A stretch of DNA of 64,000 nt from an uncultured bacterium. Lineage in GTDB: Bacteria > Patescibacteriota > Minisyncoccia > Phycocordibacterales > Phycocordibacteraceae. The position numbers and the translations under genes were made by a program. The notes under the pieces were generated by a model. It saw only the letters and a program-made list of their open reading frames with translations, did no database searches and was not told the DNA's origin. Location: the NCBI GenBank assembly GCA_903825105.1, contig CAIJZI010000008.1, positions 8,401-72,400 on the forward strand, given 5' to 3'. Of the stretch, positions 29,991-39,402 are shown piece after piece. The first letter of the stretch is position 1, and each line of letters opens with the position of its first letter.

Positions 29991-30463
29991 ACCATCCAAA
30001 AGAAGAACGCACTCTTGTTATTTTAAAACCAGACGCGGTACACCGCGGACTCATGGGAGAAATTATTGGTCGTATGGAACGCAAAGGGCTTAAGATCGTG
30101 GGAATGAAAATGATACAGCTCGAAGACGCAGTGCTTGAAGCACATTATGCGCACATTAAGGATAAACCGTTCTTTGGGAGTATTAAATCCTTTATGAAAT
30201 CAGCTCCTGTTGTGGTCATTGCCCTTTCAGGAATCAATGCTGTTTCAGCGACGCGTCTTATTGTCGGCCCGACCAAGTCTTATGAAGCTACAGCGGGGAC
30301 TATTCGTGGCGATCTCGCACTCTCTTCTCAATCGAATATGGTTCATGCCTCCGACAGTGTAGAAAATGGTGTGATAGAGGTGAGCCGCTTCTTTAACGAA
30401 GATGAGATTTTCTCATATGCGCGCAATGACTTTGGCTTTATAAACGCCGAAGAATCGTTCTAA
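29987..30463 (+). CDS. ndk: Nucleoside diphosphate kinase
   Basis: ERTL..KPDAV.RGL.GEI, GTIRGD, N.VHASDS. Confidence 0.97.
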   Translation: MNHPKEERTLVILKPDAVHRGLMGEIIGRMERKGLKIVGMKMIQLEDAVLEAHYAHIKDKPFFGSIKSFMKSAPVVVIALSGINAVSATRLIVGPTKSYEATAGTIRGDLALSSQSNMVHASDSVENGVIEVSRFFNEDEIFSYARNDFGFINAEESF

Positions 30464-30505
30464 AGTTTTGCACAGGCCTATTTGGCAGGGGATGTATACT
30501 AGTAA

Positions 30506-30654
30506 GTGGAGCCGTTCTTAAAAACGCAACTTGCCTCTATTAGGGGAGCAGAGCATTAAGGCAGTTTGGTGAATTTTGCGTAAGTAGAAATCCGATAGCT
30601 GTCGTTCTCGCACCCACCTGGCTGATAAAGTTGCCCGTTAAAGGACGGTTTCGC
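30506..30654 (+). ncRNA. ssrS: 6S RNA
   Basis: 14-bp closing stem (30506-19/30641-54), inner GCAACTT/AAGTTGC stem, GGGAGC and GCACCCACCTG motifs as in Firmicute 6S RNAs; TATACT upstream, terminator downstream. Confidence 0.8.
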
Positions 30655-30688
30655 AAAAAAGTCGCTTTTTAAAAAGCGACTTTTTTGC
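30653..30688. terminator. Terminator after 6S RNA
   Basis: GCAAAAAAGTCGCTTTTT/AAAAAGCGACTTTTTTGC palindrome. Confidence 0.8.
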
Positions 30689-30702
30689 GCTATAGTGGTG
30701 AA

Positions 30703-32121
30703 ATGAAACTCTCGTTTTATGGCGGAGCCGGGAAAGTGACGGGCTCAAATTTTTTAATAGAGAGCGGAGCATCTAAAATGCTAGTCGATTGCGGCATCGA
30801 ACAAGGTGCAGACTTTGTGGTTGAAGAGGTGTATGGAAAATTCCCCTATGAGGTAAAAAATATCGATGCACTTGTGGTCACGCACGCACATTTGGATCAT
30901 GTAGGCAGAATCCCCAAACTAATGAAAGAAGGTTTCAAGGGCAAAATTTTTATGACGCCGCCGACGAGAGATTTAGCAGAATTAATTCTGCGCGATTCGG
31001 CGAATATCTTACGACAAGACGCCGAACGACGCGGGCTACCGCCGCTTTATGAAGAAAAAGATGTCGACGAGGCGATGACGCTTGTAGAAACGCTCGAGTA
31101 TCATACTGAAAAACAAGTTACTCCCGATCTCTCTATTTATCTACGCAACACGGGGCACATTTTGGGCTCGGCGAGTGTGCGAATTAAAGATTCTGAAGGT
31201 AATTCTGTCGCGCTCACGGGCGATATCGGCAACTCGCCATCACCTCTTCTACCCAACTGGGAGCCAATTGAAGACGCGGACGCTCTCGTGATGGAAAGCA
31301 CATATGGAAATAGAGTGCACCCGAACCAGCAGGTTCGTGTCGAGCTCTTGGGCGAGACACTAAGGCGCGCAATTGCCCGCGGCGGCACGATTCTTATCCC
31401 CGCATTTTCGCTCGAGCGAACACAGCTAATGCTCTATGAGCTCTCAAATTTCTTTTCGTCTGGTGAATTGCCACAGATCCCAGTCTTCCTCGATTCGCCG
31501 CTCGCGATTCATGTGACCGAAGCGTATGAAAAATATGGCCCAACTTATTTTAAGCCAGAGGTTGAGGATGAGATAAAAAGAGAGAAGAGCATCTTTGAAT
31601 TCCCATTTCTTAAAAAGACGCTTTCGCGTGGCGAGTCAGAGGCGATAGAGCATATACCAAACCCGAAGATTATCATCGCTGGGGCAGGGATGAGCCATGG
31701 CGGCAGAATTGGGCACTGGGAGGCCAGATACCTGCCAGACAAGGCCACAACGCTTATAATCGTCGGTTATCAGGCCCCAGGGAGCCCTGGGAGGCGTATG
31801 GCTGAAGGGGCGCCAAGTGTGCGGCTAAACGGTAGCGAGGTGAAAATAAGGGCAAAAGTGGAGATTTTAGACGGTTGGTCGGCACACGCCGATCGCGATG
31901 AACTTCTTAAGTTTGCAGAAGCCGCGCTCGCGGGGAAGAGAATCAAAACTATTTTTACCGCGCTTGGCGAACCTGTGGCAGAACGATTTCTCGCCCAGCG
32001 CATTCATGATTATTTCCTGCCGCAGGACTCCCGAGTGGGAGTAAAGTGCCGCGCCATTGTTCCCGAACAAGGCGAGAGTTGGGAAGTCGCGAACGGTTCA
32101 GTGAAAAAGAGTATCAGGTGA
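30703..32121 (+). CDS. MBL-fold beta-CASP ribonuclease (Ysh1-like)
   Basis: THAHLDHVG, GHILGS, MESTYG, SAHAD. Confidence 0.92.
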   Translation: MKLSFYGGAGKVTGSNFLIESGASKMLVDCGIEQGADFVVEEVYGKFPYEVKNIDALVVTHAHLDHVGRIPKLMKEGFKGKIFMTPPTRDLAELILRDSANILRQDAERRGLPPLYEEKDVDEAMTLVETLEYHTEKQVTPDLSIYLRNTGHILGSASVRIKDSEGNSVALTGDIGNSPSPLLPNWEPIEDADALVMESTYGNRVHPNQQVRVELLGETLRRAIARGGTILIPAFSLERTQLMLYELSNFFSSGELPQIPVFLDSPLAIHVTEAYEKYGPTYFKPEVEDEIKREKSIFEFPFLKKTLSRGESEAIEHIPNPKIIIAGAGMSHGGRIGHWEARYLPDKATTLIIVGYQAPGSPGRRMAEGAPSVRLNGSEVKIRAKVEILDGWSAHADRDELLKFAEAALAGKRIKTIFTALGEPVAERFLAQRIHDYFLPQDSRVGVKCRAIVPEQGESWEVANGSVKKSIR

Positions 32122-32192
32122 TTACTAGTTGATTAATTATTTACTAACTATCATTTATCCGTAATTACATACGACCGTGGTATATTGAGGAT

Positions 32193-32774
32193 ATGGCGAA
32201 TGTCGAAATTGGAGCACAAAAGAAGCGTAGAAAGGGGTATATCCAACAAGCAATTCTTGCAACCGTTGCGCTTTCCGGAGTTGCGCTTATAGCGGCGATA
32301 GCTCCCAATGCTCCTGCCGCACTCGCGAAATTGCCGAGCATAAAGCGAGCACAACTTAAAGCACGATACCGAACAGCTCTTGGACGGCTTGCTATTATAG
32401 GGCTCGTGACGTTTGAAAAGCGAAACGGAAAATCATATGCGCGGATTACGGATGCTGGGCGCAAGAAACTGGCGTTTGAGTTAGAGAAGGATAAATTGGA
32501 TCTTTCTAAAAAACGGCGCTGGAATGAACGGTGGCGTGTGGTAATTTTTGACGTGCCGGAACGTCGTCGAAAGACGCGTGACCGACTCAGAATCCTTATG
32601 CAAGAAATTGGTTTTGTTCGTCTACAGGATAGCGTATGGGTCTTCCCGTACGATTGCGAAGAATTCATAACATTACTGAAAGCTGAACTAAAAATTGGCG
32701 CAGCCGTTCTTTATATGGTAGTGGAGGAGATAGAAAACGATAAGCATTTGCGTGAACATTTTGGTTTGAAGTGA
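32193..32774 (+). CDS. PaaX-like wHTH plus Cas2-like ferredoxin-fold protein
   Basis: W..RWRVVIFDVPE..R..RD.LR..L...GF..LQ.SVW..PY. Confidence 0.85.
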   Translation: MANVEIGAQKKRRKGYIQQAILATVALSGVALIAAIAPNAPAALAKLPSIKRAQLKARYRTALGRLAIIGLVTFEKRNGKSYARITDAGRKKLAFELEKDKLDLSKKRRWNERWRVVIFDVPERRRKTRDRLRILMQEIGFVRLQDSVWVFPYDCEEFITLLKAELKIGAAVLYMVVEEIENDKHLREHFGLK

Positions 32775-32848
32775 TATTTGTTATTATATACGACCGTGAT
32801 AAATAGCGGATAAGTTTATACACGCTACCGCCTGGTAGAATTGGCGCT

Positions 32849-33073
32849 ATGGATTTAAAACTCGGGATTTATGAGCATTCTAAAAGCGGGAAGCACTATC
32901 GCGTGATTGGTGTTGCGAAACACAGCGAAACGCTCGAAGATTTAGTGATTTATGAAGCTCTTTATGAAAACAAAATGTCGAAACTCTGGGCGCGCCCGCT
33001 CAAAATGTTTACTGAAGAAGTTGAAATCAATGGTAACAAAGTACCGAGATTTAAATATATTGGCGAAGAATAG
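32849..33073 (+). CDS. DUF1653 domain protein
   Basis: Y.H.K.G..Y.V..VA.HSET.E.LV.Y.ALY....WARP..MF. Confidence 0.9.
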   Translation: MDLKLGIYEHSKSGKHYRVIGVAKHSETLEDLVIYEALYENKMSKLWARPLKMFTEEVEINGNKVPRFKYIGEE

Positions 33074-33078
33074 AAAAC

Positions 33079-33106
33079 AAAAAACCGCCCTGGGGGGCGG
33101 TTTTTT
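33079..33106. terminator. Bidirectional terminator
   Basis: AAAAAACCGCCC TGGG GGGCGGTTTTTT between convergent genes. Confidence 0.85.
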
Positions 33107-33108
33107 GT

Positions 33109-33456
33109 TTAGATGACCTGCTTCGAAATTCTTGCGAAGATTTCTGGCCGATCGGCGGCGAATTCGGCGAGGACCTTTCGGTCGAGCGCGAAGCCGTTTT
33201 TCTTCAACTTCGCGATAAAGGTGGAGTAGGACTTATGACCAGCGTCGCGAACGGCGGCGTTCAAACGAACGATCCAGAGCTGACGGAAGTCAGTCTTCTT
33301 ATCTTTACGATGTGCGAATGAATAGCGCCCCGCGCGCATAAGCGCTTCGTGTGCATAGCGTTCCTTTTTAGAACGGACACCACGAAAGCCTTTTGCTCGC
33401 TCGAGCACATTCTTTCTTCGCTTCTGCGCCATGACGCCCCCTTTAATACGAGTCAT
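33109..33456 (-). CDS. rplT: 50S ribosomal protein L20
   Basis: AKGFRG.RS, FRQLWIVR.NAA, LDRKVLA. Confidence 0.97.
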   Translation of the reverse strand: MTRIKGGVMAQKRRKNVLERAKGFRGVRSKKERYAHEALMRAGRYSFAHRKDKKTDFRQLWIVRLNAAVRDAGHKSYSTFIAKLKKNGFALDRKVLAEFAADRPEIFARISKQVI

Positions 33457-33484
33457 AAGTAATAAGTAATAAGTTTAAGTAAAT

Positions 33485-33679
33485 CTACTTTGCGCCTGAC
33501 CCTGGGAGAAATCGTCTGCGATTTCGCACCGAGAGGGTAAGGGCGACTGCGCGGCGCTTACCGCTACGCTTCGAACCGCTCTGCTTCGCGTTGAAGTGGT
33601 CTTGACCAGGCTTTCGAGCCATCATCTTACCTTTACGCGTTACGCGGATTCTTTTTAAAAATGATTTGTTAGTTTTCAT
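33485..33679 (-). CDS. rpmI: 50S ribosomal protein L35
   Basis: KTNKS..KR...T..GK; between infC and rplT. Confidence 0.93.
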   Translation of the reverse strand: MKTNKSFLKRIRVTRKGKMMARKPGQDHFNAKQSGSKRSGKRRAVALTLSVRNRRRFLPGSGAK

Positions 33680-34218
33680 GATTTTGTTTGTTTACCCTGT
33701 GCTGACATATCTCGCTCGACGACGCAGGCGAAGCCTTTAGGGCTCTTCGCCATCGGTTCAGCGATCTTGTACGCATACGGGATGCGAATCAAGAATTTCT
33801 CGAGGCGCTCTTTAAGGAATGCCTCACCCATACCCTTATAGCGGCCTTTAAGGAAGAGCTCGGCACGAACGCGATGACCCTCGGCGAGCCATTCTGCGGC
33901 CTTTTTCGCCTTGAGGAGCATGTCGTTGTCTCCGGTGCCGACTTTGATCTGGACTTCTTTAGTCTCAGAGATCTTCACCTTCGCTTTTGCTACCTTTTCC
34001 TTCTTGCTACGCTCGTACTCAAATTTACCATAATCTGTGATCTTCGCAACCGGCGGGATAGCCGAGGGCGAGATCTCGATAAGGTCGAGCCCGACGCGAA
34101 GCGCTGCCGCCAAAGCCTCTTTAAGCGAGATAACGCCGAGGTTTTCACCCTCTGCGCCAATGACGCGCAATTCTTGCGCGCGGATTTCGTTATTGATGCG
34201 AAGTCGTTCTGTAGCCAC
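33676..34218 (-). CDS. infC: Translation initiation factor IF-3 (probable GTG start)
   Basis: RINNEIRA.ELRVIG, GLDL.EISP...PPVAKI.DYGKF.YE. Confidence 0.95.
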   Translation of the reverse strand: MATERLRINNEIRAQELRVIGAEGENLGVISLKEALAAALRVGLDLIEISPSAIPPVAKITDYGKFEYERSKKEKVAKAKVKISETKEVQIKVGTGDNDMLLKAKKAAEWLAEGHRVRAELFLKGRYKGMGEAFLKERLEKFLIRIPYAYKIAEPMAKSPKGFACVVERDMSAQGKQTKS

Positions 34219-34331
34219 TGGAAGTAGATTTACTATAGCACGAGAAGGGGAGAATGCACAACCGTTCGACAGGAGGCAAGCTAAAAAAGAAAGCCGCCGC
34301 GCTTCAGAAGCGCGGCGGGGCAGGTACATAG

Positions 34332-34781
34332 TTACTTCTTTTTGCTCTTGTAAACGCAACACAAGAAGTTGTGGTCTATAAGAGCTGATGCACAACTGAT
34401 TCCATCACACGGCTCCCCATACACTGTGCATGGTATATATCTGATTTTCAGGCCTGATGGTTCAAGTGCGTGTTGCAGAATACCTCCGACATTATCGGGG
34501 CTAATTGCAAAAGCTGTGCAAGAGCTCGCGTCGGATGGCCCAACAGAACGAACCTTAGGCGGAGTTATCCTGCTGACGGCTGTCACAATCTCACTGTAAT
34601 CAGCCTTAGAGAAAGCTAGTATTGGCGACTCTGCATGAGCCCACACAAGCGTGTTCATGGCGCTCTCGATTTGCGAATACAAGTCCACCCCACTATCGGT
34701 TAGTGGCCAAAGTTTCAGCTCTCTCAATAAATGGTATTCAGTGGTCCCATTATCAAGAACGCAAGAAGAGTATATCTTCAT
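34332..34781 (-). CDS. Hypothetical protein (SD-led cassette)
   Basis: TTGACA-17-TATTTT, GAGGTG SD, terminator 34283-34320. Confidence 0.6.
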   Translation of the reverse strand: MKIYSSCVLDNGTTEYHLLRELKLWPLTDSGVDLYSQIESAMNTLVWAHAESPILAFSKADYSEIVTAVSRITPPKVRSVGPSDASSCTAFAISPDNVGGILQHALEPSGLKIRYIPCTVYGEPCDGISCASALIDHNFLCCVYKSKKK

Positions 34782-34842
34782 TTCTTCACCTCACTTTCAA
34801 ATTTCAAATCCACTAATAAAATACTACGAACTTGCGCGTGTG

Positions 34843-35757
34843 TCAATCAGCAATCTGGCTTTTATCAGAGACGATTATTTCTGCCTTTCCTTGATACGAA
34901 GAGATTTTTCCGGTCAGGGTAATTGTCTTCCCGTTATATTTTGAGAGATCGCCAATTTTCTTAGCATCATCGGCGAAGACGACGCCAGAGAACGGGCAGT
35001 TTTTATAACTTTTACAAAAATCTAAGAAAACGGTCCCGGTTGAAGTTGTGTGTGCGTCGACGAGCGTCCCACGAACAGAGGCGAGAGCGCCGATGTGAGC
35101 GGGCGCATCGGTGTAGTCAATGGTGCCGATAGAAACAGGCGCGGCCGCGCTAGCGGCCGCGTTGGTGCCTTTATAGGCTTGTAATAATTTCGTCAGAATA
35201 GTTTCATAAGTCTGACGAAGCGTCGGGTCAGTGCCTATTTCAAGAATCTCATCATTTTCTGTCGTCGCCGATCCCGTCCAGTTGTAGCTGCCAAGAGCAT
35301 ACGCCGAGTCGGTCACGATCATTTTAATATGCATAATCCCGTTGCCGTCTTTGTGCTTCTCGGTTTCTACCGGAATGCCGGCATCTACCAATTCAGAAAT
35401 AATCGGTGCGTCGTAGCTATTCGCGCTTTCGCCGGCATCAACAAGTCCTTTGACTTCAACTCCACGCTTTTTTGCTGCAACTAAAGCGTCGGCAACATCT
35501 TTGAGTGTGAATTCATACATCGCGAAATAAATTTTCGTTTTCGCCGCATCTATAAGCGCGATAATTTCTTTATCATTTTGTTTTTGGTCCAAGCTATAAA
35601 TAACACGGACAGAGCCGGGCGCTGGGGCAGTGATAGTTTCAGCGGGGATACTAGGCGCGACGCCTGTTGAAGTGTCGCCTTTAAGAGAATATCCAGTCGC
35701 TCCAGCGGCTATCGCCAAGGCGAGGGCGATTCCCGTGCGAATTATTTTTTGGTTCAT
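34843..35757 (-). CDS. Secreted PLD-family (Nuc-like) nuclease with C-terminal OB-fold
   Basis: Signal/TM, single HxKxxxxD (HIKMIVTD) plus GSYNW, OB-like C-terminus. Confidence 0.8.
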   Translation of the reverse strand: MNQKIIRTGIALALAIAAGATGYSLKGDTSTGVAPSIPAETITAPAPGSVRVIYSLDQKQNDKEIIALIDAAKTKIYFAMYEFTLKDVADALVAAKKRGVEVKGLVDAGESANSYDAPIISELVDAGIPVETEKHKDGNGIMHIKMIVTDSAYALGSYNWTGSATTENDEILEIGTDPTLRQTYETILTKLLQAYKGTNAAASAAAPVSIGTIDYTDAPAHIGALASVRGTLVDAHTTSTGTVFLDFCKSYKNCPFSGVVFADDAKKIGDLSKYNGKTITLTGKISSYQGKAEIIVSDKSQIAD

Positions 35758-35818
35758 CTCTATAGTATACTTCGGCAACGAGAGAATAATAATTTTTATC
35801 CAGCATAGTAACACCCAT

Positions 35819-36355
35819 ATGAACATCCTCGCCATTTCAGGGAGCTTACGGAAAGATTCGTTTAATACGGCGCTTGTGAAAAGTCTCCAAGCGCTCGCGC
35901 CTGAAGGGATGCAGATCGATATCGTAGACATCACGCCAATCAAACTCTTTAATCAAGACGACGAAGCCGCTTTCCCTAGAGAAGTCCAGAATTTTAAAGA
36001 TAAAATAGTCGCCGCAGATGGCATTATTATCGCGACGCCAGAATACAATCATTCGATCCCTGGCGTTTTGAAAAATGTCATCGACTGGGCGAGTCGCCCT
36101 TATGGCCAGAACTCATTTGATAAAAAGAAAGTGCTTATTATGGGCGTTTCTATCGGGAAAAATGGTGCGATGCACGCGCAAGTTCAGTTGAAAGAATTGA
36201 TGACCTATCTCGGAGCAGAAGTTATTGAACAAGAGCTCCACATCGGCCCAGCGAGTGAAATCTTTGACGAGAAGGGAGCTATCACGAGTGCATTAACTAA
36301 AGCGCTGCTCACCAAAGCGCTCGGAGTATTCGCAGAAAAAGTGAAGATTAACTAA
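35819..36355 (+). CDS. NADPH-dependent FMN reductase
   Basis: ISGSLRKDSFN, TPEYNHSIPGVLKN.IDW.SR. Confidence 0.93.
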   Translation: MNILAISGSLRKDSFNTALVKSLQALAPEGMQIDIVDITPIKLFNQDDEAAFPREVQNFKDKIVAADGIIIATPEYNHSIPGVLKNVIDWASRPYGQNSFDKKKVLIMGVSIGKNGAMHAQVQLKELMTYLGAEVIEQELHIGPASEIFDEKGAITSALTKALLTKALGVFAEKVKIN

Positions 36356-36938
36356 AAGAATCCTTTTTTCTCTTCACATACGCGTGGAAGTTGTGCCAGC
36401 CTGCGTAGGCGAGGATGAGCGAGAACACGCCAGCGATGCCCCAACGCGCGGGGCCGATCCATTCTGAAGTGACGGCGCCAAACCAATACGATACACAGAA
36501 GAGAAAGGTCATCCAAATCACTGCCGCGGCGATAACTGAAGAGATAAAGGTAGAAAATTTAGAATTAAAAAAACCACTCGCGGTATAAGTGAGGAATCGT
36601 GAGCCCGGTATGAAGGTTGCAGAAAAGACGGCGAGAGAATAACTGCGCTCGAGCCACGATTTAAACGGGGCAGTGAAGTCGTGCTCGACATACTGTGCGA
36701 GACGCGGATGAGTGCTCGCCAACTTGCCAACATAATATATACAAATGTCGCTCGCTATAACGCCAATAAAGAGAGAGAGGAGTGCGAAGGGCGCGTGAAT
36801 AATCTTGTCTGCTGCGAGAACACCGACAATAATCGCGGTTAAATCTTCGAGGAAAAAACAGCCGATAAGAATGGCGAAAAATAAAATAATATTACTCCCA
36901 ACGGCGCCATTAATCAGGTGTGAAATAAAAAAAAACAT
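36348..36938 (-). CDS. DedA/VTT family membrane protein
   Basis: G...SD...Y..G, F.PG.R motifs, multiple TM helices. Confidence 0.8.
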   Translation of the reverse strand: MFFFISHLINGAVGSNIILFFAILIGCFFLEDLTAIIVGVLAADKIIHAPFALLSLFIGVIASDICIYYVGKLASTHPRLAQYVEHDFTAPFKSWLERSYSLAVFSATFIPGSRFLTYTASGFFNSKFSTFISSVIAAAVIWMTFLFCVSYWFGAVTSEWIGPARWGIAGVFSLILAYAGWHNFHAYVKRKKDSFS

Positions 36939-36956
36939 GCGTGTAGGGTAATTCTA

Positions 36957-37868
36957 TCAAATCTTAAACGCTGGCGCACCGCTCCTGCGCACAACCGCAT
37001 AGGCAAAAGACTCTTTCGACGGCAGGGTAATTTCTGAATCAGTTTTTCTTTCGATGGCACAATCAACCTTCTCTCCTTCGCGTAACCAATATCTTTTTAT
37101 AAATTCAACGCGTGCAGGGTCTATCGCTCCTGGATTTTTCATTGCTGCGACAAAGCTGTCAGAAATATCTTCTTGCGGATCAAGCGATGCATAAGAATTC
37201 GGTACCAATTCCGGGCGGGTATTTACATAAAATTGATGTGGTTGCCCAGATGCGCCTTCCTCGTTATTTATCTTCCATTCGAATTTTTCTCGCCACTCTT
37301 TTTGAAAATCTTGATCTTGTAGACAATGCGCCACTTCGTGGAGATAGGTTCCTTCAAAATTAGATACACCAAGAATCCGATGCTCTTTTTGTGAGAGTGA
37401 CCGCGGGTATAAAACAATAGCGTTTAATTTGGGTGGCGAGTTGCCGCTCAGATCTTCGCCCGTTTTTGTATTCGTGGCGCTTTCGTTATTGATCAAACAA
37501 TAAGGTGGGATATCCGCGATTTTATTTTCTGTAAGCGAGCCCTGCAAAAGAGTAAAAGCATCTTGTAACTCTTGAGTGCGTTCTGGACTCAAAACGTCGC
37601 CGAAGTTGTATACGACTAATTTTGCATCGCGAGACGCTATTTCAATTTGTTCTTTTGGTGGGCCTTTTTCTTGCCATTCTTTATTAAGCCACCAAAATCT
37701 TTTTTCCAACTCTCTTTTAATTCTCGTTTCTATTTCTGACGGTGGAGTATCGAGTCCGACACGCACCACATACTCGGCTGCATCTTCTTCAACTTCTTGA
37801 AGTCTGATGTCATCAATGCTCTGGTATGACTTTTCTTTGCTGGCAGGCGAACCTTCGTGGCTAGGCAT
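36957..37868 (-). CDS. Putative zinc metallopeptidase
   Basis: HEVAH (HExxH) plus downstream SYA...PQED.SDSF. Confidence 0.6.
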   Translation of the reverse strand: MPSHEGSPASKEKSYQSIDDIRLQEVEEDAAEYVVRVGLDTPPSEIETRIKRELEKRFWWLNKEWQEKGPPKEQIEIASRDAKLVVYNFGDVLSPERTQELQDAFTLLQGSLTENKIADIPPYCLINNESATNTKTGEDLSGNSPPKLNAIVLYPRSLSQKEHRILGVSNFEGTYLHEVAHCLQDQDFQKEWREKFEWKINNEEGASGQPHQFYVNTRPELVPNSYASLDPQEDISDSFVAAMKNPGAIDPARVEFIKRYWLREGEKVDCAIERKTDSEITLPSKESFAYAVVRRSGAPAFKI

Positions 37869-37941
37869 AAAACGCATTGTACCAAATTTGTCATTCGATT
37901 ATGAAATGTGCCAGGCAGGGAAGCGTAGTACTATAGGGGCG

Positions 37942-38529
37942 ATGCCCCAAACGCCCCAAATGACTGATGATGCATCGGACGAAGAGATTGTTCGCCGAAC
38001 GCTTATAAATAAAGACGCGTTCGCGCTTCTAATCAAACGCTACGAGGCGAAGCTCTCGCGGTACCTGACCCGCCTTGGCGTCGGGCTCGCCGAAGATCGC
38101 GAAGACATTCTCCAAAATGTGTTTATCAAAGCGTATAAAAACCTGAACAGCTTCGACCCCAGCCTCGCATTCTCTTCGTGGATCTATCGCATCGCGCACA
38201 ATGAGACGATGAGTTTCTTCCGCGCGAAGCACGCCCGCCCGCAGGTTATTCTAAATGAAGAGAGCGAGATGCTCATCACCGAACTCGAAGACGAAATGGC
38301 AGACACCTCACTGCTCGCAGAGGCGAGGTTGTCGAAGGAGGAGTTAACAAAAGCGCTCGAAACACTCCCACAGTCATATCGCGACGCTTTAACACTGCGC
38401 TTTTTTGAAGACCGATCGTATTCAGAAATGTCAGATATTCTTCAGGTGCCAGTCGGGACAGTCTCGACGCTTCTTTACCGAGCGAAACGCGCGTTAAAGG
38501 AATCACTTCCAAAAACATTTTTACCATGA
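37942..38529 (+). CDS. ECF RNA polymerase sigma factor
   Basis: ED.LQ.VFIKAY, FSSWIYRIAHN, SY.EM..IL.VP.GTV...L.RA. Confidence 0.93.
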   Translation: MPQTPQMTDDASDEEIVRRTLINKDAFALLIKRYEAKLSRYLTRLGVGLAEDREDILQNVFIKAYKNLNSFDPSLAFSSWIYRIAHNETMSFFRAKHARPQVILNEESEMLITELEDEMADTSLLAEARLSKEELTKALETLPQSYRDALTLRFFEDRSYSEMSDILQVPVGTVSTLLYRAKRALKESLPKTFLP

Positions 38530-39371
38530 ACACACAAAAAGATAATCTTATCGAACGCGTGCTTAAAAATATCGAGGAGAAACATCTCACCCCTCGTCCG
38601 CGCTACGAATTTATATTAAAAAATTATTTTTTCTGGACGCTTGGCGCGCTCGCAGTAGCCTTTGGCGCGCTCGCATTCTCGGCAACACTTTTTGAAATAC
38701 AAAATGTCGATTGGCGACTCTCTGTGGCGACGCACTCGAGCTTCTTTTCATTTTTCTTATCAGCCGCGCCATTCGTTTGGATTATCACTCTCGTCCTTTT
38801 TATCCTCATCGGTTATATCAATGTACGCAGGACGAATCACGGCTACCGCTACCCACTCTCGATTATCGCTATTGGCGCAGTGCTCACCTCGATCGCGCTC
38901 GGCACCGCGCTCTATGCGATTGGCTTTGGCGGCAGAATCGACGAAGCGATCGGCGATCACCCGCCCTTTTATCGCCCGATTCTCGCCACACAGCGCGAGT
39001 GGTGGCTCGCGCCAGAAAAGGGGCTTTTGGGTGGAGAAATAATTAAGGCCGCAGCCGATCTCTCTTCATTTTCTGTTAAAGATTTTTCAGGGCATGTTTG
39101 GAATGTCGACGGGAGTGATCTCCGTGGGCCTGATCTCGCGACGGTCGCGCGCGGTGGCATCGCGCGCATCGTCGGAGTTCCTGTGTCGGCGACGAGCACA
39201 CTCTTCCACGCCTGCTTCGTATTCCCTTGGGAGATGCGCGGCGATTTTAGAAATGCTCCTCCGCCACGCCCACTCGCCGCAGTCGCCTCAAGCACACAGG
39301 CTGCGACAACGCGTAGCGATGCGTGTAAAAACATCCGTCCCTACCAACAGCTTCACGACATTGATGATTGA
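38526..39371 (+). CDS. Membrane protein, putative anti-sigma factor
   Basis: Overlaps ECF sigma stop (ATGA); three TM helices. Confidence 0.6.
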   Translation: MNTQKDNLIERVLKNIEEKHLTPRPRYEFILKNYFFWTLGALAVAFGALAFSATLFEIQNVDWRLSVATHSSFFSFFLSAAPFVWIITLVLFILIGYINVRRTNHGYRYPLSIIAIGAVLTSIALGTALYAIGFGGRIDEAIGDHPPFYRPILATQREWWLAPEKGLLGGEIIKAAADLSSFSVKDFSGHVWNVDGSDLRGPDLATVARGGIARIVGVPVSATSTLFHACFVFPWEMRGDFRNAPPPRPLAAVASSTQAATTRSDACKNIRPYQQLHDIDD

Positions 39372-39402
39372 TTATCTGCCAGATTTGTGGTAAGGTAGAG
39401 CA

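Noticed and set aside
32193-32774. Cas2 / CRISPR locus
   Set aside because: The C-terminal domain resembles Cas2, but it is fused to a PaaX-type wHTH, and there is no cas1 or repeat-spacer array in the window.
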